Shown here: positions 33,860-46,600 of the stretch, one piece after another
Numbering within the stretch: position 1 is the stretch's first letter
Layout: the number at the start of each line of letters is the position of its first letter
Source of the DNA: Lingula anatina
Taxonomy: Eukaryota > Animalia > Brachiopoda
Assembly (NCBI GenBank): GCA_051362555.1
Contig: CM120640.1
Coordinates: 71,712,788 to 71,776,787 of the forward strand
Direction: 5' to 3'
DNA length: 64,000 nt
Made by a program: the position numbers and the translations under genes
Notes under the pieces: generated by a model
What the model was told of the DNA's origin: nothing
Seen by the model: the letters and a program-made list of their open reading frames with translations, nothing else
The model's database searches: none

Positions 33860-34217
33860 GGATGATGTGCTGCCACCTGCTAGTAGGTGTGTGAGGTGCT
33901 GCCACCTGCTGGTAGGTCTGCGACATGCTGACACCTGCTGGTAGGTGTGCGACATGCTGACACCTGCTGGTAGGTGTGTGATGTGCTGACACCTGCTGGT
34001 AGGTGTGTGGCGTGCTGACACCTGCTGGTAGGTGTGAGGTGCTGACACCTGCTGGTAGGTGTGTGAGGTGCTGACACCTGCTGGTAGGTGTGCGACATGC
34101 TGACACCTGCTGGTAGGTGTGTGATGTGCTGACACCTGCTGGTAGGTGTGTGGCGTGCTGACACCTGCTGGTAGGTGTGAGAGGTGCTGACACCTGCTGG
34201 TAGGTGTGTGAGGTGCT
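33860..34217. repeat. ~30-bp minisatellite, ~12 copies, downstream of the MTF1 stop
   Basis: gctgacacctgctggtaggtgtgtgaggt repeated. Confidence 0.9.
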
Positions 34218-35833
34218 TGTAACCTGTCTTTTCCAAATTATTCCTTTAGTGACGATTTTCATCCATGTTTTTTTTTTCTGACAGCTTGTTGGGTTAAAAA
34301 ATGTAATTTTGTTTTTGTTGAAGATATTGATTATTGATATGTTAATTATCAATAGATTAGTTTTTTCATGTAAATGTAGAAAGTAAAAAAATTGCAGTGA
34401 TACTAATTTAAGATAGTAGTCAAACTCAAATTAGTAAGGGTAATTTGTTGCCAAAATGCAGGTCAAGTTTGAAAACTAGAATATTCAAATTTAATAAATT
34501 ATAATATATAATGAATTTTAATATGTCAATTTTCAGTGCCTTTCTTCTTGTTTTTTGGTATTTGTGTAACATGTGCCCTACAGCAGTTAAACTACACACT
34601 AGATATGTGGTAGGATATTCTTCATGGCAGAAAGGTAGGACATACTCCTAAAAGGAGTATAGCTGATGTAAACATAAATATGAAAAAATAATTCTTGGGG
34701 CGAAATTTCATAACCTTCTCTCACAAACTAAAGCTAACTATTTATTATGCTTTGAATCAAGCAAACAATCATTTGCTGTTGAATAAAATGTATTGACTGC
34801 TGTTTCACAAGCCTCATTTGTTGCAGAAAGGCAATTTCTAGTGCTGGGGTGCAAATTACTGAAATTTTCAAATAGGTTTTTGTTTTGTCAATGTTACCCA
34901 CACTCATAGTCAAACTTACTGAGCAAATTTTGTTTTTGTTTTTTTTATGTATAAGTGATACAGTCTAGTTGTTATTGTTATTTATAGATATGGTCTTAAC
35001 CACACAATAAAGATATAAGTACTGATGAAGTAATTCGTGTAGTTCATGTTGTTTCAGTTTCCAAATCTTGGGAAGATGAAATGATAATATTGTACTTCTG
35101 TTTGGTATGGGATATTGTTTTGAAATTTGTACCATCCTTTTTCTTTGACAGCACTATTTGTATAAGAACTCAAATGTGACATTTTCAACACATTTTGAGC
35201 TGGATTTACTGTTCCACCAGTGTGAAACCTTGGTATGTCATGATTAACTTCCAAACCCTGCAAAACCCAAACTTCTGCAAGTCATTGCCCTGTAATTTTG
35301 CATTGGATACAGTGCACATTTGAACTTTTAATAGCAAACATTAATTATTGACACTTGTCCTTCTTCAACAAGATACACCATTTCCAAAACTATTGAGAAA
35401 AATTTGATCTACTAATCCATTCAAGAGATTGTTTTTTGAACCATTATTAATGAAGATGGAAACTGGTGAGTTTCACGTATGCCAGTGGACATTTAAAGTG
35501 CTTTGGAAATAAGGCTTACAGAAAGTTAATTTGTCAACAGTAGTGAGTATCCCTTTATGAAGACAGGTGAAAAAGCTAATATTTCCACTGCACACTGTAC
35601 GTCTTTCAGCAGAGCTCCATGGGCACGAGTCCAATATGAGTACACTTAAAAGCGTGGCTATTTTATGTTAATATTATAGAAACTTTAAACCCACAGTTGC
35701 AAAAAGGACCCAAACAGTTTAGTGAAAGCTGATGTAAACACTTAGAAGTGAATGGAAAAATACATAATAAATGCATAATAAAACAGTTTATTTTCATATA
35801 TCCAGAACTGGCATCCAAATTCATAAGAATTAT

Positions 35834-35885
<52 letters not shown>

Positions 35886-35938
35886 CACATGGTGGCACAT
35901 TGTTTTAAATACTACATTTTATAGAGCACTCACAGTCA

Positions 35939-38278
35939 TCAAAATGATTCATGATGACAGAAAAGATTTGCATTTTTATGCCAAATTCTGGAACATTCCT
36001 CCTCAACATTGGTTGCTAAGCCCTTTGGTCCACAACAGAAAACACCAATGTCTGTTCTGAAAATGGCGAAAAGAAGATGGAGTAAAACACCATGAATACT
36101 GCTGAAGGTATTACTATGAGAAGTCATAATTTGTGAATAATTCTTAGCATAACTGGTAAGAATGCATTCCCATGTCAATATTATAGTTTGCTGCACACTT
36201 TGGGGCACTGTCCACCTAACACACTGCTCCTGTCACACCTAACACACTACTGCTGTCACACTTCACACATCTCTGCTGTCACACCTAACACACTGCTCCT
36301 GTCACACCTAACACACTACTGCTGTCACACTTCACACATCTCTGCTGTCACACCTAACACACTGCTCCTGTCACACCCAAAACACTGCTCCTCCTGTCAC
36401 ATCTAACACACTGCTCCTCCTGTCACACCTAACACACTGCTCCTGTCACACACAAAACACTGCTCCTCCTGTCACATCTAACACACTGCCTCTGTCACAC
36501 CTAACCACTGCTCCTGTCACACCTAACAAACTGCCCCTGTCACACCTAACATACTGCACCCGTCACACCTAACACACTGGGACACTGCTACTCCTGTCAC
36601 ACCTAACACACTGCCTCTGTCACACACCTTGGGGCACTGCGCCTCTTGTCACACCAAACACACTGGGACAATGCTTCTCCTGTCACACCTGACACACTGC
36701 TCCTGTCACACCTAATATACTGCTTCTGTCACACCTAACACTTTGAGGCACTGCTCCTCTTGTCACACCAAACACACTGGGACAATGCTCCTCCTGTCAC
36801 ACCTAACACACTGCTCCTGTCATACCTAAAACACTCCTCCTTAGCACAACTGGTAAGAATGCATTTCCATGTCAATATTATAGCTTGCTGCACACATTGG
36901 GGCATTGCTCCTCCTGTCACACCTAACACACTGCCTCTGTCACACCTAACACACTGTTCCTGGTACACCAAACACACTGGGGCACTGCTCTTCATGTCAC
37001 ACCTAACACACTGCTCCTCCTGTCACACCTAACACAGTGGGACACTGCTCCTCCTTTTACACCTAACACACTGCTCCTGTCACATCTAACATACTGATCC
37101 TGTCACACCTAACACACTGCTCCTGTCACATCTAAAATACTGCTCCTGTCACACCTAACACACTGCTCCTGTCACACCAAATACACTGCTCCTGTCAAAC
37201 CTAACACGCTATAGCACTGCTCTTTCTGTTACACCTAACACACGGCTCCCATCACACCTAACACACTGCTCCTATCATACCTAACACACTAGAGCATTGC
37301 TCCTGTCAAACCAAAGACATTGGAGCAGTGCCCTTTCTGTTACACATAACACATTTAAGCACTGCTCTTCCTGTCACACTACACCTCTCACACCTAACAC
37401 AATGGGGACTACTCCTCTTGTCACACCTAACACAATGGGGCAATGTCCCTCCTGTTGCACCTAACACACTGCTCCTGTCACACCTAACACACTGGAGCAA
37501 TGTCAATCCTGTCACACCTAACACATAACAACATTTGTCCATATATCAGTTACCCTTTGTGTGATGAACAGATCTCCATGAGTGTCAAGGGCCAGTCTGG
37601 TCTTCGCCCTATGTACAGGCGCTTTTCTAGTAAAGGGTACTGCTTTACAAACATCTGGAATTGATAGAAAATCTTTGAATAGTCTTAAAACTGTTGAGCA
37701 AAGCACAAACCAGGTCTGTAGCCAGCAACTCCAAAGGGGTTGGGCCTTTTTTCTGAAAAAGTTCACCTTTTTACCATTATGCCATAGAACCTAGATCAAG
37801 TTTTGATTCAGAATAGATGTTCGTTTTCCTAGCCAAAACCCCCAATCTGCAAAGCATGATAACAAATAGGAATTGATTTGAACACTATTTAATCTGCACA
37901 CAAGTTGTCTCATTAATGAACTAAGAAGAAGAACTAAGTGTCAATACAAGCACATTCAGTCCAGTGCCATACCTTCAACTGAGACCCAGGGACAGGGGCT
38001 GTGACATGTAGTCTGATACACAGGAGATCTGGACGGTTCAACGACCAAAGCTGAAAGTTTGTCAACAAACACATTGTTGAAAAGTGAACTAAGGGGTGAA
38101 AAAAGTGAACTTTAGCAAAAGTAGTTTACTTGCCAATTCAATTTGGTTGACCTATATATATGGGCTCCCCTCGTACTGACCCATAAAAATGCATAAGGAA
38201 TGAAATAACATTCATCCAAGTAATTTCCATTCCTGTGCCCTATATAGCTTGTCCTTGTTCATTTTTTATTATTTTTAA

Positions 38279-38311
<33 letters not shown>

Positions 38312-40572
38312 TTATTTTATTTTTTTTTACAAAAAAGACGTTTATCTTTGTGCCTCCCCCCTCCTCAGCTAACACCAGTATAAGTGAACAAAACATGACC
38401 ATGATTATGTATATGGATGTATAAGAGCAATTCACCATACCTTTTGGTATAACCTACACAATAATTGTGTAAACCACTTGAAGCTTCGCAAGTCCTTGCA
38501 CATCCAAATGAAATAGATGCGTTCTATATTTTGCAAGTGTAGTTTTTCATTACTAAAAAAAGAGAAAACAGAAACACATGCAGGATATTTTGCAGGTATT
38601 CCAAACTTAAGTAGCTACTAGTATATAGTACATGGCTCAAAGCTAGAGGATAAGTGAGTAAGTATATTGTGAAAAGAAATAATTAAGTGATCTAGAGTTC
38701 TGAAATGAAGTTGTAGGTGAATAATTTAAAGTAACTTTGATCAGAAAGATCAAGTACAAAGACAGGGGAAGTTGGGGGGGGGGGGGGGGGGGCTCTATGG
38801 ACCATGCAGTGCCTGGTGCTCACCTGTAAAGATGATGTAGAAATGCTGTGAAGGGAGTCACTCCTATTCCACCAGCAATCAGAACATTTACTCGGTACTT
38901 CAATATGTCTCCACTGGGACTACCATAGGGACCCTCTATCACAAGTCTACAACAGAAACACCATGTACAGTGATTAACACCTTCAGTATGTCTCCACTGG
39001 GACTACCATAGGGACCCTCTATCACAAGTCTACAACAGAAACACCATGTACAGTGATTAACACCTTCAGTATGTCTCCACTGGGACTACCATATGGACCC
39101 TCTATCACAAGTCTACAACAGAAACACCATGTACAGTGATAACTATTACCAATACTTCTACTACTAGTACTACTTCTACTACTGCTACCACTATTTATAA
39201 TAATGATTATTATTTATTATTGTCCTTGGTATTTTAACTTATGTACAAAGGCTATGGCCTAACAGGAATTGCAAACTTTATCCCTGTACTTCTAACTTTC
39301 TGTTTCAGCTCTTCAACTGTTCTACACTATAATTTTTTATTACAATGAGCACACTATATCCTCCTCCATGCCACAACTGGTATTATGCTAGTGCACTGTC
39401 TGTGTCCATAGCTTGCCTTTTGTCCAAGTCCTCCTTGCTGGATGCCAGAGGTGGTAAAACATATTTCCATCCCTCACTTCCTGTCAAATACTGCCGTAGA
39501 CGCCCTGCAATGTTAAAGCACAGTAGAGTTACAGACATGATAAATTATAATTGCCATTTGCAATCACAAGCCTCAGGTTTGTGAGCACAAGTGCCCAAAT
39601 TCAATGACTCGAACCACAACTGCAGTGCACAAACTTAAAATAAGCAGCCACGAGCACAGCATTAAAAGCCTGAACTATTTGGCCAACTTTCAAGTAGGTC
39701 TCTAGCTGTACATATACATTTTTTTCTCAACCCCAGACTATTTTCAACATAGCAGAATATATGAAAGACTGCATATTTATAAGAGCTTTTTGAGATTCTT
39801 AGTCAAAAGGTTCTCTTTCTACTTCTTTATCAAAAGAAAAAGGATTCTTGACATCTACAGGGGCTCACGAAGGTCCCAAAAAAGTAGCTACAGCTTTGTT
39901 GACAGAATTTGAGGAGAAGAGTGATATTAGTTGCTATTGTCACTGGTATGAGTCAAAACTTGGGGACTAGGTGAAATAGCTGAGTGGTGTGGAAAATGGA
40001 TTCAACAACTGTTTCCACCAACTCACAGATATCTCTGTTGCATTGACTACAAAGTGTACACATGTGTTAATTATAATTGTAGTTACTCTGTACTATTAGT
40101 TTTCCTAATTTATGTGAAAATGTGTCTGAAATGCACTGGGGCTTAACAATTAGTCAATGACATTGAACATTTTCCATGATATCTTTTAGGGATATATTTT
40201 GTGGGTTGCATAGTTTCCATGCAGAACTCCAAATACTCTAAAATATAGGTAGGATTCAGCTAGCGACAATGTTTGTCTTTATTACAGTATAACTGAAAAA
40301 TATAAGAAAAGATATTACCCAGCAGGCAAATTATGTTGTTTTAACGTTGAAACAACGTTGAACCATAACGTTGAAAGGACAATGACTAAACGTTGGATTT
40401 AAAAGTTGTGTCAACCTCAGATAACAACGTTGTATCAACGTCAGAAAACAATGTTATATCAACCCCACCCAGCGGGAAATTTTCTTGGATGTGTTTAGCA
40501 GTAGGACATGTTTGATGGCTAAATATAGGGTATAAATGTATGGCCTTTAAGTTAAAATTTCCAAGGTTCAGA

Positions 40573-40629
<57 letters not shown>

Positions 40630-43600
40630 CAAGGTCACAGTCACCTCAACCTGTCTATCTATAACAGGTTACCAAGAACTGTTAACTCCATCACATTTAC
40701 AGCAACTTATTCATCCTAGTGTTAGCTGACCTTGCAAGCAATTCAGTTTATTGGAATGTATTTCTGAATAACAAGTTAAGAAAATTCACTAGTTAACTAA
40801 AGACACAAAACAACTGTCACTTTTACTTTAAAACCATTTTGTTATTATTTTGATAAATTTAGTTACAGTATTGATAAACAAAGTATCACGTTTATCAATC
40901 ATTAATATTTTAAATTACAATCCATAACTGCAAGGTTGTGTCATTGACCAAAATACAACATTGAGTCAACGTGGCTGGATCAACTGGATCAACAGCAATT
41001 CAACGTATCAACCTGTTTTCAACGTTGATCCAACGCAACTATGCCTGCTGGGTATGTTGTGTATTTAAAAAAATTAATAGTTCTTAGTTGATGCATCTGT
41101 ACTTATTATATATTTACTCACCATTTTAGCACACCACAGCATCTGTACTTATTATATATTTACTCACTATTTTAGCACACCACAGCATCTGTACTTATTA
41201 TATATTGACTAACTATTTTAGCACACCACAGCATCTGTACTTATTATATATTTACTAACTATTTTAGCACACCACAGCATCTGTACTTATTATATATTTA
41301 CTCACTATTTTAGCACACCACAGCATCTGTACTTATTATATATTTACTCACTATTTTAGCACACCACAGCATCTGTACTTATTATATATTTACTCACCAT
41401 TTTAGCACACCACAGCATCTGTACTTATTATATATTTACTAACTATTTTAGCACACCACAGCATCTGTACTTATTATATATTTACTCACTATTTTAGCAC
41501 ACCACAGCATCTGTACTTATTATATATTTACTCACCATTTTAGCACACCACAGCATCTGTACTTATTATATATTTACTAACCATTTTAGCACACCACAGC
41601 ATCTGTACTTATTATATATTTACTCACCATTTTAGCACACCACAGCATCTGTACTTATTATATATTTACTAACTATTTTAGCACACCACAGCATCTGTAC
41701 TTATTATATATTGACTAACTATTTTAGCACACCACAGCATCTGTACTTATTATATATTGACTAACTATTTTAGCACACCACAGCATCTGTACTTATTATA
41801 TATTGACTAACTATTTTAGCATACCACAGCATCTGTACTTATTATATTTTTACTAACTATTTTAGCACACCACAGCATCTGTACTTATTATATTTTTACT
41901 AACTATTTTAGCACACCACAGCATCTGTACTTATTATATTTTTACTAACTATTTTAGCACACCACAGCATCTGTACTTATTATATATTTACTAACTATTT
42001 TAGCACACCACAGCATCTGTACTTATTATATTTTTACTAACTATTTTAGCACACCACAGCATCTGTACTTATTATATATTTACTATTTTAGCACACCACA
42101 GCATCTGTACTTATTATATTTTTACTAACTATTTTAGCACACCACAGCATCTGTACTTATTATATATTTACTAACTATTTTAGCACACCACAGCATCTGT
42201 ACTTATTATATTTTTACTCACTATTTTAGCACACCACAGCATCTGTACTTATTATATATTGACTAACTATTTTAGCACACCACAGCATCTGTACTTATTA
42301 TATATTGACTAACTATTTTAGCACACCACAGCATCTGTACTTATTATATATTGACTAACTATTTTAGCACACCACAGCATCTGTACTTATTATATATTTA
42401 CTCACCATTTTAGCACACCACAGCATCTGTACTTATTATATATTTACTCACCATTTTAGCACACCACAGCATCTGTACTTATTATATATTTACTAACTAT
42501 TTTAGCACACCACAGCATCTGTACTTATTATATATTTACTCACCATTTTAGCACACCACAGCATCTGTACTTATTATATATTTACTCACCATTTTAGCAC
42601 ACCACAGCATCTGTTCTTATTATATATTTACTCACTATTTTAGCACACCACAGCATCTGTACTTATTATATATTTACTCACTATTTTAGCACACCACAGC
42701 ATCTGTACTTATTATATATTTACTCACTATTTTAGCACACCACAGCATCTGTACTTATTATATATTTACTCACTATTTTAGCACACCACAGCATCTGTAC
42801 TTATTATATATTTACTCACTATTTTAGCACACCACAGCATCTGTACTTATTATATATTTACTCACTATTTTAGCACACCACAGCATCTGTACTTATTATA
42901 TATTTACTAACTATTTTAGCACACCACAGCATCTGTACTTATTATATATTTACTAACTATTTTAGCACACCACAGCATCTGTACTTATTATATATTTACT
43001 AACTATTTTAGCACACCACAGCATCTGTACTTATTATATATTGACTAACTATTTTAGCACACCACAGCATCTGTACTTATTATATATTGACTAACTATTT
43101 TAGCACACCACAGCATCTGTACTTATTATATATTGACTAACTATTTTAGCACACCACAGCATCTGTACTTATTATATATTGACTATTTTAACACACCACA
43201 GCATCTGTACTTATTATATATTTACTAACTATTTTAGCACACCACAGCATCTGTACTTATTATATATTTACTCACTATTTTAGCACACCACAGCATCTGT
43301 ACTTATTATATATTGACTCACTATTTTAGCACACCACAGCATCTGTACTTATTATATATTGACTAACTATTTTAGCACACCACAGCATCTGTACTTATTA
43401 TATTTTTACTAACTATTTTAGCACACCACAGCATCTGTACTTATTATATATTTACTCACCATTTTAGCACACCACAGCATCTGTACTTATTATATTTTTA
43501 CTCACCATTTTAGCACACCACAGCATCTGTACTTATTATATTTTTACTCACCATTTTAGCACACCACAGCATCTGTACTTATTATATATTTACTCACCAT

Positions 43601-46600
43601 TTTAGCACACCACAGCATCTGTACTTATTATATTTTTACTCACCATTTTAGCACACCACAGCATCTGTACTTATTATATTTTTACTCACCATTTTAGCAC
43701 ACCACAGCATCTGTACTTATTATATATTTACTAACTATTTTAGCACACCACAGCATCTGTACTTATTATATATTTACTCACCATTTTAGCACACCACAGC
43801 ATCTGTACTTATTATATTTTTACTCACCATTTTAGCACACCACAGCATCTGTACTTATTATATTTTTACTAACTATTTTAGCACACCACAGCATCTGTAC
43901 TTATTATATATTTACTCACCATTTTAGCACACCACAGCATCTGTACTTATTATATATTTACTCACTATTTTAGCACACCACAGCATCTGTACTTATTATA
44001 TTTTTACTAACTATTTTAGCACACCACAGCATCTGTACTTATTATATATTGACTAACTATTTTAGCACACCACAGCATCTGTACTTATTATATATTGACT
44101 AACTATTTTAGCACACCACAGCATCTGTACTTATTATATATTTACTCACTATTTTAGCACACCACAGCATCTGTACTTATTATATATTTACTCACTATTT
44201 TAGCACACCACAGCATCTGTACTTATTATATATTTACTAACTATTTTAGCACACCACAGCATCTGTACTTATTATATATTGACTAACTATTTTAGCACAC
44301 CACAGCATCTGTACTTATTATATATTTACTATTTTAGCACACCACAGCATCTGTACTTATTATATATTGACTAACTATTTTAGCACACCACAGCATCTGT
44401 ACTTATTATATATTTACTAACTATTTTAGCACACCACAGCATCTGTACTTATTATATATTTACTATTTTAGCACATCACAGCATCTGTACTTATTATATA
44501 TTGACTAACTATTTTAGCACACCACAGCATCTGTACTTATTATATATTTACTAACTATTTTAGCACACCACAGCATCTGTTAATTTTTCAAGGCCCTTCA
44601 GCGAGCCCCAAACCCCACGCCAAGTTGGGGGGGGGGGAGGGTTTGCAACCACGGACCCCCCTTCAAATAATCCTTGATCCACCCCCAATAGGGTATAAAT
44701 TTATATCAAATGTGTAAAACTGATAACAGATATTATTTCAACTACCTGACCAATCAGCTCTATCACCTGACATAAGTCATGCTGTCACAATCTACATGAC
44801 CAGTCAGCTATATCACCTGACATAAGTCACGCTGTCACTTTACCTACCTGACCAATCAGCTCTATATCACCTGACATAAGTCATGCTGACACTTAACCTA
44901 CCTGAAAAATCAGCTATATCACCTGACATAAGTCATGCTGTCACTTTACCTACCTGACCAATCAGCTCTATATCACCTGACATAAGTCATGCCGTCACTT
45001 TACCTACCTGACCAGTCTCCAACAGCATGGATATGGATTGTAAATGACTCACACTGAGAGGTTGGACACTGAAATAAAATATACAGTGTTCTTGTTCAGG
45101 CCAGAGAATGTTGAGGATCAGCTTGTTTTTGTAAATAGTCAAAGAAAACTGGCTGCACTGTGACAGTAACTGGCAGTTTCTCACAACTGGTATTTCACAG
45201 TATGATAAAATAAAAGGCTTAAAGCAAACAAAGAAATGAAAAATGGAAACAGAAATTAACAATATGTGTAGAAAAGTAGCCCGAGGAGTTTGTCAGTCTT
45301 CTTACCATAGACACGGTGAAAGGATGCCATTCAAAGCTTGAAATTGCAGGACATTGGACAAGAATAAACTGTAATAAGAAAAAGAAAATATCAATTTATC
45401 ATAACATTTATTACCACAACATACCATATATATGTTGGTCAATTATCCCAGCTTTGGCTCAATATATCCTCAAGTTTACCTCATCTACTGTAAATTCTCA
45501 TACATCACATGTTCTGTATAATTGCATTTATATTTGTATCCTGTGTCTGCCAATATCTATAACATCTTCCATGATATCTTCAGATTAAGGTAGATTAAGT
45601 TTTCTCAATCATTCTTCTATATTCTACCATAATCTCTAGGATGTAAGTTGCCATGACATTTCAAGATTTCTCCTGTTTGGAAATGCCAAAAGGAAGTACC
45701 CCCTTCAAGCAGGGTGTTAGACCCCATTCCCAAACCTAGATCAATCTAGTAGGATCGAACCATCTCTCAGTTTCTTGCTAAAATGCCTTAGCTTATGTGG
45801 CTTAGATATCTGGCTACTGAAGCTGCTAAATTACTGTTTATTAACTCCTAACAGCTTCAGCAGGCATACCAGACATCTAAGCTGCTTAAGCTAAAGGCAA
45901 TTCAGTGAAAAAATAATCCTTCTAGATCGATCTACGTATAGGAACAGGGTCTTATAATCCAATACCTGACCAGGTATGGAATCCTGTCTAGAATCTAATT
46001 GTATCCATGTTGTATATAATCCTATACCTGCCCAGGTTTGGCCTTGAATCCTTTCTTCCACACTCGTATTTCAAGGACATATCCAGGGTGCTCTGTAACG
46101 TTGAGGATTCGTGTGCAGTGTCCTTGTTTACATCTTCTGTATGTGAGGTCAACAAGATAAACCAGCAGGGGCAATCCCACCCACATCCATGACTGAAATT
46201 TTGATTAAAATTCACTTTAAGCCTCTACAATTTCACTGAACAATTATGGTACTGCCAAACAAATGTTTCCATTTAATACACTTTCAAACTGCCATGATGT
46301 ACGCAAATTCTCATCCAATAAACTATTTCACTCCTCCCAGACTGTATTATGTAGTATACATACTGAACAACCCACAGTGCCAAACACTGGGGGCTCCTCA
46401 CACACTGTATTATGTAGTATACATACTGAACAACCCACAGTGCCAAACACTGGGGGCTCCTCCCAACCTGTATTATGTAGTATACATACTGAACAACCCA
46501 CAGTGCCAAACACTGGGGGCTCCTCACACACTGTATTATGTAGTATACATACTGAACAACCCACTGTGCCAAACACTGGGGGCTCTTCACACATTGTATT

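Noticed and set aside
41095-41125. 21-nt microexon (ag|ATGCTGTGGTGTGCTAAAATG|gt) in the 44-bp satellite
   Set aside because: No polypyrimidine tract, and it contains TAA in the NOX4 reading phase
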